The notes under the pieces are model-generated. The model saw only the letters and a list, made by a program, of their open reading frames with translations, was not told where the DNA came from and did no database searches. The translations under genes were made by a program, and so were the position numbers. A stretch of DNA of 63,740 nucleotides, filler included, from Ferroacidibacillus organovorans (GTDB lineage: Bacteria; Bacillota; Bacilli; Alicyclobacillales; SLC66), in NCBI RefSeq assembly GCF_001642725.1. It is 3 parts of 3 records of this genome, joined end to end, with 100 filler letters (N's around TTAATTAATTAA, not from the genome) between each part and the next. Parts side by side here need not be neighbours in the genome. Positions count along the whole stretch, not along the records: positions 24,164 to 47,808 come from NZ_LSUQ01000039.1; positions 47,909 to 63,740 come from NZ_LSUQ01000060.1; 1 more part is not named here. One strand, written 5' to 3'. The stretch's first letter is position 1. Every line of letters starts with the position of its first letter. This document shows positions 41,506-49,857 of the stretch, piece after piece.

Positions 41506-41636
41506 TGTGATTCACTCCTTCACGGTGAAGCAGTCGGACAATTTATTTCACCGTTGAATTATACAATACGATGATATTTATACTATGAAATTAAATGATC
41601 TGTGTCAAGAGGGATTGAGAAGAAGGGGTGTGCGAG

Positions 41637-42779
41637 TTGAGACGCAAGTTTTTGCAAATCACTGCGGGCATAGCGATGGCTTCAGTTGCACTTTCTGGAT
41701 GTGATACACCCAATGCTGTGACAAAACCTGGAGCAGCGTCAAAACAAGTTACGTTGATACCGGCGTCTTCCAGTGTTACGCCGACAGAAATGACAGGTGT
41801 ACCAGGTGCCCTATATTCGATTCAAACTTGGCCGTTTAAAGGAGCAATTGCACCGAATTACGGTACAAATCAATCCGTAAAGACATACACGGCAAATGGA
41901 TTTACTCTGGCTGGTGCCCATTTTAGGTGGCCAATCACGGATCGAAACCCAAAGGACTATATTCTTGTTCCGACAACAATCCATGACGAACCCTTTCTTG
42001 TTTGGTGCCATTTATCACCTGTACTTGATGTTGGTAAGCCTGAAAATGGAAATTTTGGATACGCCTCAAATCAGCAAAAACCGACCGGCCCGTCGCAAAT
42101 GTGGATGACGCCTTGGCATGCCTATGGCGGGTTTTTGAATCGCGGTGCGATTCTGATCACGAATGATCTACCGCCTGCGTTCTCATCTACGGGAAACAGC
42201 ATATTTCCTTTAAACCCCAAGAATCAAACCATGCAGTCTCTCGCAGGAAGCGCGTGGACAGGGTGGTTTCAGTGGGGGAAAGTCGCTCACTCCTTCCGAG
42301 TGCCTGCGCCAAAGCCACCCGTGGCGTTGACGGTTGCCTACCCGGGGAGCCTCGCGCCAGCCTATCAAGGGGTGATTTTGACAATGAATACATCCGTCCT
42401 TGGAGCGAATCAAGGGGATGCGTCAAATTTGTATTATGTAAACTTAGCAAAACATAGGATTGTTGGATTGGCGAGTTTGACAAACGGCGGTGGAATGTTT
42501 TCTGCCATGCGAATAGTTTCGGGAATGGTTTTTACGTATTCCGCAACAGACTTGACAAGCAGTGGTCATACTCTTGCGGCAGCCTATGTGTACAACGAGG
42601 CGACTGGAAAGAGGACTACACTCAAATTGATGGATAGGTTGATACAACAAAATGGATTTGATCATTGGCGTATCCGCGGCAGCAAAATCTACGACGCAAA
42701 TCATCAATGGATGGCAAACCTAAACTTGCCAATGTCGGTGGTCGGCGAACCGTCAGCCGCAACCTTTGGCATTAAATAA
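41637..42779 (+). CDS. Hypothetical lipoprotein with twin-arginine-like signal
   Basis: MRRKFLQITAGIAMASVALSG|C (RRxFL plus lipobox); no family recognised. Confidence 0.7.
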   Translation: MRRKFLQITAGIAMASVALSGCDTPNAVTKPGAASKQVTLIPASSSVTPTEMTGVPGALYSIQTWPFKGAIAPNYGTNQSVKTYTANGFTLAGAHFRWPITDRNPKDYILVPTTIHDEPFLVWCHLSPVLDVGKPENGNFGYASNQQKPTGPSQMWMTPWHAYGGFLNRGAILITNDLPPAFSSTGNSIFPLNPKNQTMQSLAGSAWTGWFQWGKVAHSFRVPAPKPPVALTVAYPGSLAPAYQGVILTMNTSVLGANQGDASNLYYVNLAKHRIVGLASLTNGGGMFSAMRIVSGMVFTYSATDLTSSGHTLAAAYVYNEATGKRTTLKLMDRLIQQNGFDHWRIRGSKIYDANHQWMANLNLPMSVVGEPSAATFGIK

Positions 42780-42803
42780 GTGTCAATTCTGCCTGTTAAT
42801 TTT

Positions 42804-42831
42804 ACGTCCGATAATATACATTATGTTAACA
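42804..42831. other. dif: XerC/XerD dif recombination site
   Basis: ACGTCCGATAA-TATACA-TTATGTTAACA, an 11-6-11 architecture close to Bacillus dif (ACTTCCTAGAA TATATA TTATGTAAACT). Confidence 0.8.
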
Positions 42832-42857
42832 AAAATAAAGAACGTGGCGGTGTAAAA

Positions 42858-42871
42858 TGAACGTATGTTCT
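42858..42871. promoter_or_regulatory. LexA box
   Basis: tGAAC-GTAT-GTTCt, perfect GAAC-N4-GTTC core. Confidence 0.55.
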
Positions 42872-42872
42872 T

Positions 42873-42916
42873 CAATCAAAAGGTTGCTCCTCCGATGGAG
42901 AGCAACCTTTTGATTG
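42873..42916. terminator. Bidirectional intrinsic terminator
   Basis: CAATCAAAAGGTTGCTC…GAGCAACCTTTTGATTG inverted repeat between convergent genes. Confidence 0.8.
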
Positions 42917-42945
42917 TGTTTTGATTCGTGTCCAAGGAATAGATC

Positions 42946-44034
42946 TCAGTCTGCGTCTGAAAGATGCAGGCGCGCCATGTATTCCTCTTTGTTCCGAAAT
43001 GATCGCTCGCGGATGTACCGTACCTTTTCTTCCTTTTCTCTACGTGTTCTCCCCTTCAAATTCATCCCTGCGGCCATCATCAGGAGCGCGATTGGCACGG
43101 CTGAATTTGGATCTGTGGCCACACCAGAGAAAAGCTCCCCGAGTCCCTGCCCAAACCACCACTCAAACGCAAGCCACAGAATGGAGAGCCAATCAATCCA
43201 CAGATGGCGCCAATTGTGCCACCATGCCATTCCGAGAAATAGCATGTACACAGTGAAGAACGCATTCCAGGCCACCGGGTTCCGATAGACCAGATCAACA
43301 AATCCGAACAGTGGACCGGCGAAAAAAACGGGCTGTGTTGCCGTGGCCGTCGATGCGAACTGCCCGGCCAGGTTCAACGCATTCCAAAAAGGCGGGGACG
43401 TTTGGAATGCGGCTCCGGCAAAAAACAAGAGCGCCACTGATTTGCGTGCAGTTCTTATTGCCCTGCCTTCCATCCATCCATCGAGTCCAAAGAGCAAAAG
43501 AGCAGACATCAGTGCATAGACGAAGGCTGATCCCGGTCCTCCGGCAATAAAGCTGGTACCCGGTGCGAAGATTCCGCCGAATGCTTCGCCGAACGCCCAC
43601 ACGATCAGACTCCAGACCAAAGACGCCCTAGTTCCCAGTCTCTGCACGTATTCCCACTTTGAAAACAGGGCTGCGCCTACAGAAAGCTGCACAAGGGTCG
43701 CCAGCGCGTTCCACAGAGGATCAGCGGTGCCCCACAAGCCATAAAGTGTTTCCAGTGCGTGGCGCAATCTATTCGGCTCACCTGTTAGCATCGGTCGCAA
43801 AACCTCCTGCAAAAAGCGAGCAGAAAACATCGCTGGCTGAGCTTGGAGAATGCCGTCTGTGATCCACAAGGATGCCAGGCTTAACCGCAGGAAATTTCGC
43901 GCCTTTAGAGACACGACCGGGGACACGGATGGAATGCTCTGGTTTGGAAGATAAATCAGCAAAATAGCCAGAAACATCACACCACCTACCGTAAACGCGT
44001 TGAAGACCGTTCCTGTCCCCGTGCTCACTTGCAT
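42946..44034 (-). CDS. Polytopic membrane protein associated with the oxidase cluster (possible assembly factor)
   Basis: LWITDGILQAQPAMF, WAFGEAFGG, WWFGQGLG…TDPNSAVP (internal pseudo-repeat); GGAGGG RBS. Confidence 0.55.
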   Translation of the reverse strand: MQVSTGTGTVFNAFTVGGVMFLAILLIYLPNQSIPSVSPVVSLKARNFLRLSLASLWITDGILQAQPAMFSARFLQEVLRPMLTGEPNRLRHALETLYGLWGTADPLWNALATLVQLSVGAALFSKWEYVQRLGTRASLVWSLIVWAFGEAFGGIFAPGTSFIAGGPGSAFVYALMSALLLFGLDGWMEGRAIRTARKSVALLFFAGAAFQTSPPFWNALNLAGQFASTATATQPVFFAGPLFGFVDLVYRNPVAWNAFFTVYMLFLGMAWWHNWRHLWIDWLSILWLAFEWWFGQGLGELFSGVATDPNSAVPIALLMMAAGMNLKGRTRREKEEKVRYIRERSFRNKEEYMARLHLSDAD

Positions 44035-44122
44035 CCCTCCCCTTTCAATTCCGTGAATCTTCACGCTACAATTTTCTCGGAACGGAAGTTCTCTGTCGCC
44101 TCTCCTACTCGAAAATCTCCAA

Positions 44123-44374
44123 TCAGGCTTCTTTGAACAGATTCTCATGAGAGATCGTCGTAGTACCGGACTTGCGCACTCCCGGCTGCAGGTCAGGCGT
44201 GTTGTCCACATCAACATCGACGGCGAGCCGAATGAACAGACGCCATAGATTGCCAATACTCAACACCACGAAAATCCACCACGACAGATCCCACCAGGTC
44301 GGCAGGCCGACACTCGGCATCCAGTGCGGCGGAAACTGCGGAAAAAATCCAGTCGTCCCAGGCATGGGAGGCAT
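44123..44374 (-). CDS. Small membrane protein, possible oxidase subunit IV-like
   Basis: AAGGGG RBS; 83 aa with one TM (WWIFVVLSIGNLW); directly downstream of subunit III. Confidence 0.5.
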   Translation of the reverse strand: MPPMPGTTGFFPQFPPHWMPSVGLPTWWDLSWWIFVVLSIGNLWRLFIRLAVDVDVDNTPDLQPGVRKSGTTTISHENLFKEA

Positions 44375-44422
44375 ATTCCAGACACCCCTTTATCATCGGG
44401 CCAAGATAACCCGAATCTATAT

Positions 44423-44992
44423 TCAGACAATGTACAGCACGACATACACCACGACCCAAGCCAGTGTGAGATACTGCCAGAAGAGTACTGGCATCTCCAG
44501 TCCCCAGTGATTGTCAGTGCGAAATTTCTCAAACCGAGGTCGCAGCGAGGTGGACCACAGTGCCGCCGCGCCCACGAACAGTTCCAGGTACATCAGTCCA
44601 GACAGGGCGTAATACGACTGCCCATAGGAAGACCCAGGGGCCAGCCTAGAACTCGCCCACTCAACAAATCCGCCGATGAGGATAAGCGTTCCGACGATTG
44701 CACCGAACCGAAGTTGCCGCCGTGAAGCCTGAAGTTCTCCCTTGCGAAAGAGCGAGAGCGACGAACGCGCGTGAAATACGCTTCCGACCATGAGAATCGT
44801 AAGCGCCATCGCTAACCACTGATTTACCTGGGACGGAACGGCACCCGGAGCCATGAGAAGTTTTGTCATGATCAGCGTAAAAAAGTAGACGGTGTTTGAC
44901 GCCACTACCAGCCAAAAACTAAAGCGGTACGCCCGCAGATCCTTCCAGTCGAGAGAACGCGCTTCATTCGCCTCTTTTCCTACTGCCATCAT
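44423..44992 (-). CDS. Heme-copper oxidase subunit III
   Basis: FWLVVAS, YGQSYYALSG, FWQYLTLAWVVVYVVLY C-terminus; overlaps the subunit I stop. Confidence 0.75.
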   Translation of the reverse strand: MMAVGKEANEARSLDWKDLRAYRFSFWLVVASNTVYFFTLIMTKLLMAPGAVPSQVNQWLAMALTILMVGSVFHARSSLSLFRKGELQASRRQLRFGAIVGTLILIGGFVEWASSRLAPGSSYGQSYYALSGLMYLELFVGAAALWSTSLRPRFEKFRTDNHWGLEMPVLFWQYLTLAWVVVYVVLYIV

Positions 44993-46217
44993 CGCTCATC
45001 CTTTCCTGCTGCTGCCTCTTTGTGTCTCTTCTGTCTGCGCGCCAAGGCCTTCAGCGTCTCAGCCTCAAACAGAGGCAATTCGGGATCGGCGGCCCCATAA
45101 CGATAGAAACCGTCCGCCACCACCGGAATCTCGCTAAAATTCTCAACAGGCGGAGGAGATGATGTGATCCATTCGAGGGTCTTTGCATCCCAGGGGTTTT
45201 CGGCGGCCGTCACACCTTTCACCCATGAGATGGCCATATTCCAGAACGCGATGATAAACCCGATGCCTAGCAGAAAAGCACTCACAGAAATCCACAAGTT
45301 CTGATTCGCCAGATAGGCGGGATACTGAGCTACCCACCTGTTCATCCCGTGTAGTCCCACGAGAAACATCTGCAAAAAAGTCGCATTGAAGAAGACAAAC
45401 ACCAAGAGAGCGCCGAGCTTTCCCCACCGCTCGTTATACATTTTTCCTGTGATTTTTGGAAACCAGTAATACAGCGCCCCAAGCCAGGCGAAGATCATTC
45501 CTCCCAAAAAAGTAAAGTGAAAGTGCGCCACGACGAAAAACGTATTGTGTAGGGCTAGGTTGGCCGGCACGTCTGCAAGGAAAAATCCGGTCAATCCACC
45601 GATTGTAAAGTTGAACATACTTGCCAACACATACCACATCGGCGTGTTGAAACGGATTCGGCCATTCCACATTGTTCCAAGCGCCGAGAGAAACATGACG
45701 CCAGTCGGTATCGACACCGACTCTGTGAAGAACGAAAACGGAATCATTTCAGAGTTACGGATGCTTGTGAACATGTGGTGCGCCCAGACCATGGAGCTTA
45801 ACACCGCCAAAAATCCGAGAGCGGTAATCACATATTTTTTTGCAAATAGCGTTTTACGCGACATGACGGAGGTAATTTCGAGCCATACGCCCCACGCTGG
45901 AAGCATCACGATGTAAACTTCGGGATGGCCGAACAGCCAGAACAGACTCTCCCATGCTAGCGCATACCCTCCGTGTGGATTGAAAAAATTCGTTGGAATC
46001 ACGCGATCGAGTAGTCCCATCACCATGCCGGTCTGTATCTCCGGCAGCCAGATCATGCTCATGATCGCGACTGCGACTTGCGACCACGCGAAAACGGGCA
46101 TCCGACCCCAGGTCACTCCAGGCGCGCGGCGATAGATCATCGTCACGAGTAGATTCAGCGAAGTGATTAAAGACGACATACTCATCGCAAAGATTCCGAG
46201 ATAATAAAAACATTCAT
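44989..46217 (-). pseudogene. Heme-copper oxidase subunit I, 5'-truncated
   Basis: FWLFGHPEVY, VWAHHMF and VVAHFHF are present. Recognisable homology begins only near helix IV (~46217); helices I-III and subunit II are absent. Confidence 0.8.
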
Positions 46218-46564
46218 GATCCGGATTAATCGCAGGCTATTATGAAAATATCGTTTCTACCTCTTGATTTATTTCCAACTTCCAACAACAATTAAATTTG
46301 AACCCGATCAGTTCCGCAGATTTTGTGGTGGTCATACCCCGTAAAAAAAACCGAATGGACAACCCTCGAAGCACAGGCTATTGGACATACAGTCCGGGTA
46401 AAAAATTTTCTTTAATTCGGGTTGTCTTCTGGTTCAATAGACACTTTGATTGGAGGAGTCAATCTTGATAGAGTCTGTCTTGGAGAAATGNGATGTTAGG
46501 CTTTAGTGGTGGACACAGCGAATCGAGAGTGTGAAAATAAGTAAATCGATTCGAGGTGTTTATA

Positions 46565-46858
46565 TTGGCAAAAACAACAAGATACAGCCCGGAATTTAAA
46601 TTGAATACGGTGAAAATGATTTTGGAGGAGGGGCGGGTCGCCTCTCAGGTTGCACGGGATTTGGGCATTTCCGACAAGACATTATACGGCTGGATAGCGC
46701 AGTATAAAAACGACCCAAAGCATCCTTTTGTCGGATCTGGTTATCTGAAGCCGGATGCGCAAGTAACGCGGGATTTGGAGCGGGAAAATCGTGAGTTGAA
46801 GGAGGAGCTAGAGATTTTAAAAAAGGCGCTGCGCATCTTCAGCAAAGACCGGAAGTAA
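46565..46858 (+). CDS. IS3 transposase OrfA
   Basis: RYSPEFK…VARDLGISDKTLYGW, leucine zipper ending EILKKA; A AAA AAG at 46819-46825. Confidence 0.9.
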   Translation: MAKTTRYSPEFKLNTVKMILEEGRVASQVARDLGISDKTLYGWIAQYKNDPKHPFVGSGYLKPDAQVTRDLERENRELKEELEILKKALRIFSKDRK

Positions 46859-47736
46859 GGTATCAATTCATCTACGATCACCGCTTCGACTATTCGGTTC
46901 AGAGGATGTGCAAAGTGCTTGAGGTCTATCGAAGCGGGTACTATGCATGGGTTAAGCGCCCTACTAGCGAGCGTAAACATCGTCGAATAAATCTCACCCG
47001 ACGTATTCATCAAATCTTTCTTTCCTCTCGCCGTTTATACGGGAGTCCAAAGATAATGCGGGTGTTGCGAGACGAGGGTATACGTGTTGGGCAGAAAACA
47101 GTGGCTCGTATCATGCGGGAGAACGGGCTGAAAAGCCGTACGGTCCGCAAATATAAAGCGACAACCCATTCCAAACACAATCAGCCCGTGGATGACAACG
47201 TGCTGAATCAGACGTTTGCGGCGGAGCGACCAAACCAGGTGTGGATGTCGGATATTACCTATGTCTGGACCATTGAAGGATGGCTCTATGTCGCAAGTAT
47301 CATGGACTTATACACACGAAAAATTGTTGGATGGAAAGCTGACTCACGTATGACCAAGGAACTCGTGATTAGTGCACTAGACGATGCGTACAAGCGGGAA
47401 AAACCGGTTGATGGTGTGTTGCATCATTCGGATCGAGGCAGCCAGTATGCATCAAAAGAATACCAAGCTCGGCTGAAAGAGTACAAGATGAAAGGCAGCA
47501 TGAGTCGCAAGGGCAACTGTTACGACAATGCTTGCATTGAGTCATTCCATAGCGTCATTAAACGCGAGCTCATACATTTAGAGATGTACAAAACGCGCAA
47601 ACGAGCGCAAAGAGACATCTGGGAGTACATCGAGATTTGGTACAACCGTTTGCGGATTCATTCTTCGATTGGATATAGGACTCCCGTACAATTCCAATCT
47701 ATGTATTTTAAACAAGTGAACAAAAAGGCTGGCTAA
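46819..47736 (+). CDS. IS3 transposase OrfB (rve DDE), reached by -1 frameshift
   Basis: The -1 frame is open from the A6G site; WMSDITY, HHSDRGSQY, DNACIESF. Confidence 0.9.
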   Translation, partial: KKGAAHLQQRPEVRYQFIYDHRFDYSVQRMCKVLEVYRSGYYAWVKRPTSERKHRRINLTRRIHQIFLSSRRLYGSPKIMRVLRDEGIRVGQKTVARIMRENGLKSRTVRKYKATTHSKHNQPVDDNVLNQTFAAERPNQVWMSDITYVWTIEGWLYVASIMDLYTRKIVGWKADSRMTKELVISALDDAYKREKPVDGVLHHSDRGSQYASKEYQARLKEYKMKGSMSRKGNCYDNACIESFHSVIKRELIHLEMYKTRKRAQRDIWEYIEIWYNRLRIHSSIGYRTPVQFQSMYFKQVNKKAG

Positions 47737-47808
47737 ATCCAAAGCTCTGCACGTCAGACTATTTTGGTATTCTCTGTTCGGGGTGTCTACTCTATTGACT
47801 TAATATCA

Positions 47809-47908
47809 NNNNNNNNNNNNNNNNNNNNNNNNNNNNNNNNNNNNNNNNNNNNTTAATTAATTAANNNNNNNNNNNNNNNNNNNNNNNNNNNNNNNNNNNN
47901 NNNNNNNN
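47809..47908. other. Artificial contig linker
   Basis: N + TTAATTAATTAA + N. Confidence 0.97.
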
Positions 47909-47994
47909 TTGATGATGAGTTGGAACACCTCGGTGATCACAGCGTCGAGGATGAATTGCAGGCATTAAAGGCAAAACTGGCTAATAAGGAGTAA
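47909..47994 (+). CDS. C-terminus of a PspA/IM30 family protein (partial)
   Basis: DDELEHLGDHSVEDELQALKAKLANKE* is a typical PspA tail. Confidence 0.6.
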
Positions 47995-48050
47995 AAAGGG
48001 CTGCATGCCACTCGAAGCGAACGCAAACGGGTGGCATGGCAACCTTTCAC

Positions 48051-48281
48051 TCAGGAGAGCTGAGACCCGTTCGGTTCACTTCCCGGGGGCGGCATACGAC
48101 CTTCGGAAAAAGCCGGGTTTTCGTCTTTAAAGCGTGAAACCACCTGTTGGTTCTCTTCCCACGGCGTCACCTTTCCAGGTTTATCGTGCGGATAGAGAGA
48201 AGCGCCATACGGGCCTTCTGGAAACTCCTCGTGCATGAGCGTTTCCCAGACGTTCGTGATGTAGCTCAATTCAGCGGACAT
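48051..48281 (-). CDS. Small conserved Bacilli hypothetical protein
   Basis: EEFPEGPYG…TPWEE motif. Confidence 0.55.
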   Translation of the reverse strand: MSAELSYITNVWETLMHEEFPEGPYGASLYPHDKPGKVTPWEENQQVVSRFKDENPAFSEGRMPPPGSEPNGSQLS

Positions 48282-48400
48282 GTCTGATTTTATCTGCAAG
48301 GTGTTTTTGCGCAAAAAAATCGTTCCTTTCAGTTGCATTTACGGCTAGTTTATCCAATGATGTATGAAACGAAACCATGGGTCGCACTGGAGGTGAATGG

Positions 48401-48838
48401 ATGAATCCACTGGTTTGGATTGTTCTCGGTTTGGGAATGGGCGTTATTGAACTTTTTAGCACGACGTTTGTCTTGATGTGGATTGCAGTCGCGTCTGTGG
48501 TGACTGGATTGCTCTCGTTCTCTATGAAGCAACTCGGAGAACAAACGGCTATCTTTACAATTCTTGCAGCACTCCTGCTCCTATTGACACGGCCGCTCGT
48601 GAAGCGGTGGCGTGATCGAAAGTCTGGATTTCAATCACACATCTCCGAATTGGTGGGTGAGCGCGGGGTGGTGATCTCGCGAATCGACGCTGGAAAAACG
48701 GGAATGGTGCGCGTCGGCAGTGATGTGTGGAGCGCGCGTTCGGCGTCCACTCAAGACGTCTATGATCCGGGACAATGGGTTGAAATCATGGAAGTTAGAA
48801 GTTCTCTTCTCGTCGTCGGTCCTCGAAAATCCTCCTAA
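48401..48838 (+). CDS. NfeD family protein
   Basis: TM N-terminus, GMVRVGSDVWSARS OB fold; upstream of an SPFH gene. Confidence 0.88.
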   Translation: MNPLVWIVLGLGMGVIELFSTTFVLMWIAVASVVTGLLSFSMKQLGEQTAIFTILAALLLLLTRPLVKRWRDRKSGFQSHISELVGERGVVISRIDAGKTGMVRVGSDVWSARSASTQDVYDPGQWVEIMEVRSSLLVVGPRKSS

Positions 48839-48857
48839 GCGAACGGAGTGATTCATC

Positions 48858-49817
48858 ATGCTAGGTCAAGAGATTGTTCTGATTGTTTTGTTAATCCTCG
48901 TTGTTTTGGTCGTTCTTCGGTCCATTCGCATTATTCCACAACAGCAGATCGCCATTGTTGAGCGACTGGGCAAATACCATCGCTCTCTGTCGGCCGGGAT
49001 CAACCTGATCTTTCCTTTCATTGATCGCGTTGCGCGCAGGCTGGATTTAAAGACACAGCAAGTGAGCATTCCGACGCAAGAGGTCATCACAAAAGACAAT
49101 GTAAAAATCCGCATTGATACGGTCTTTTTCTATACAGTTATCGATCCTAAGCAAGCCACGTACAACATCTTTGATTTTGTTCAAGGTATACAGAACATCA
49201 CAGCGTCAAATATTCGACAAGTGGTCGGCCACATGGAACTGGATGAAACGCTTTCCGGGCGCGATCGAATAAGCTTTGAACTGCGTCAGTCTCTTGACGA
49301 GGTGACGGAGACCTGGGGCGTACGTATTGATCGCGTCGAGGTGGTTGACATTCATCCACCGATCGAAATTCAGGCGTCGATGGAAAAACAGATGAAGGCG
49401 GAGCGCGAGAAACGTGCGAACATCCTGCAAGCAGAGGGGGAGCGACAAGCGGCGATCTTGCGAGCAGAAGGGGAGAAGCAGTCGATTATCCTGCGCGCGG
49501 AAGCTGACAAAGAAGCAAACATTCGCCAGGCGGAAGGCTTACAACAGGCACTGATTCTTGAGGCGAACGGACAGGCAGAGAGTTTGCGATTGATCGCAAA
49601 TGGCGAGAAGCAGCGTATCCAGATGTTGGTTGAGGCGGGGCTTGATGAGCGTGTGCTCGCGTTTCAGTCGTTTGATGCGCTGAAACAGATGGCGCAGGGT
49701 ACGGCGAGCACGATCTTTGTTCCGACCGACGCAGTCGGTGTTTTAGGCTCACTCGGCGCGATTGCAAAGGTGTTCCAAACGGCATCGACACAAACGTTTG
49801 ACACTTCAGAATCATGA
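48858..49817 (+). CDS. SPFH/stomatin-like protein
   Basis: VERLGKY, QEVITKDNV, MEKQMKAEREKRA. Confidence 0.92.
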   Translation: MLGQEIVLIVLLILVVLVVLRSIRIIPQQQIAIVERLGKYHRSLSAGINLIFPFIDRVARRLDLKTQQVSIPTQEVITKDNVKIRIDTVFFYTVIDPKQATYNIFDFVQGIQNITASNIRQVVGHMELDETLSGRDRISFELRQSLDEVTETWGVRIDRVEVVDIHPPIEIQASMEKQMKAEREKRANILQAEGERQAAILRAEGEKQSIILRAEADKEANIRQAEGLQQALILEANGQAESLRLIANGEKQRIQMLVEAGLDERVLAFQSFDALKQMAQGTASTIFVPTDAVGVLGSLGAIAKVFQTASTQTFDTSES

Positions 49818-49857
49818 GCGAGAGGCGTTACGCCTTTTCACGTAAGGAGCGAAAGCT

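Larger units (their letters stand above)
46491..47808 (+). mobile_element. IS3-family insertion sequence
   Basis: Imperfect terminal IRs (nGATGTTAGG…GGACAC / GTGTCTAC…AATATCA), orfA/orfB and an A6G frameshift motif; ends at the contig edge. Confidence 0.92.

Noticed and set aside
46222..46250. TTATGAAAAT resembling a XerD arm near the oxidase truncation point
   Set aside because: No credible XerC arm; likely chance in AT-rich DNA.
46425..46490. GTTCAATAGACAC resembling a second IS end
   Set aside because: Too short, with no partner repeat or ORF visible.
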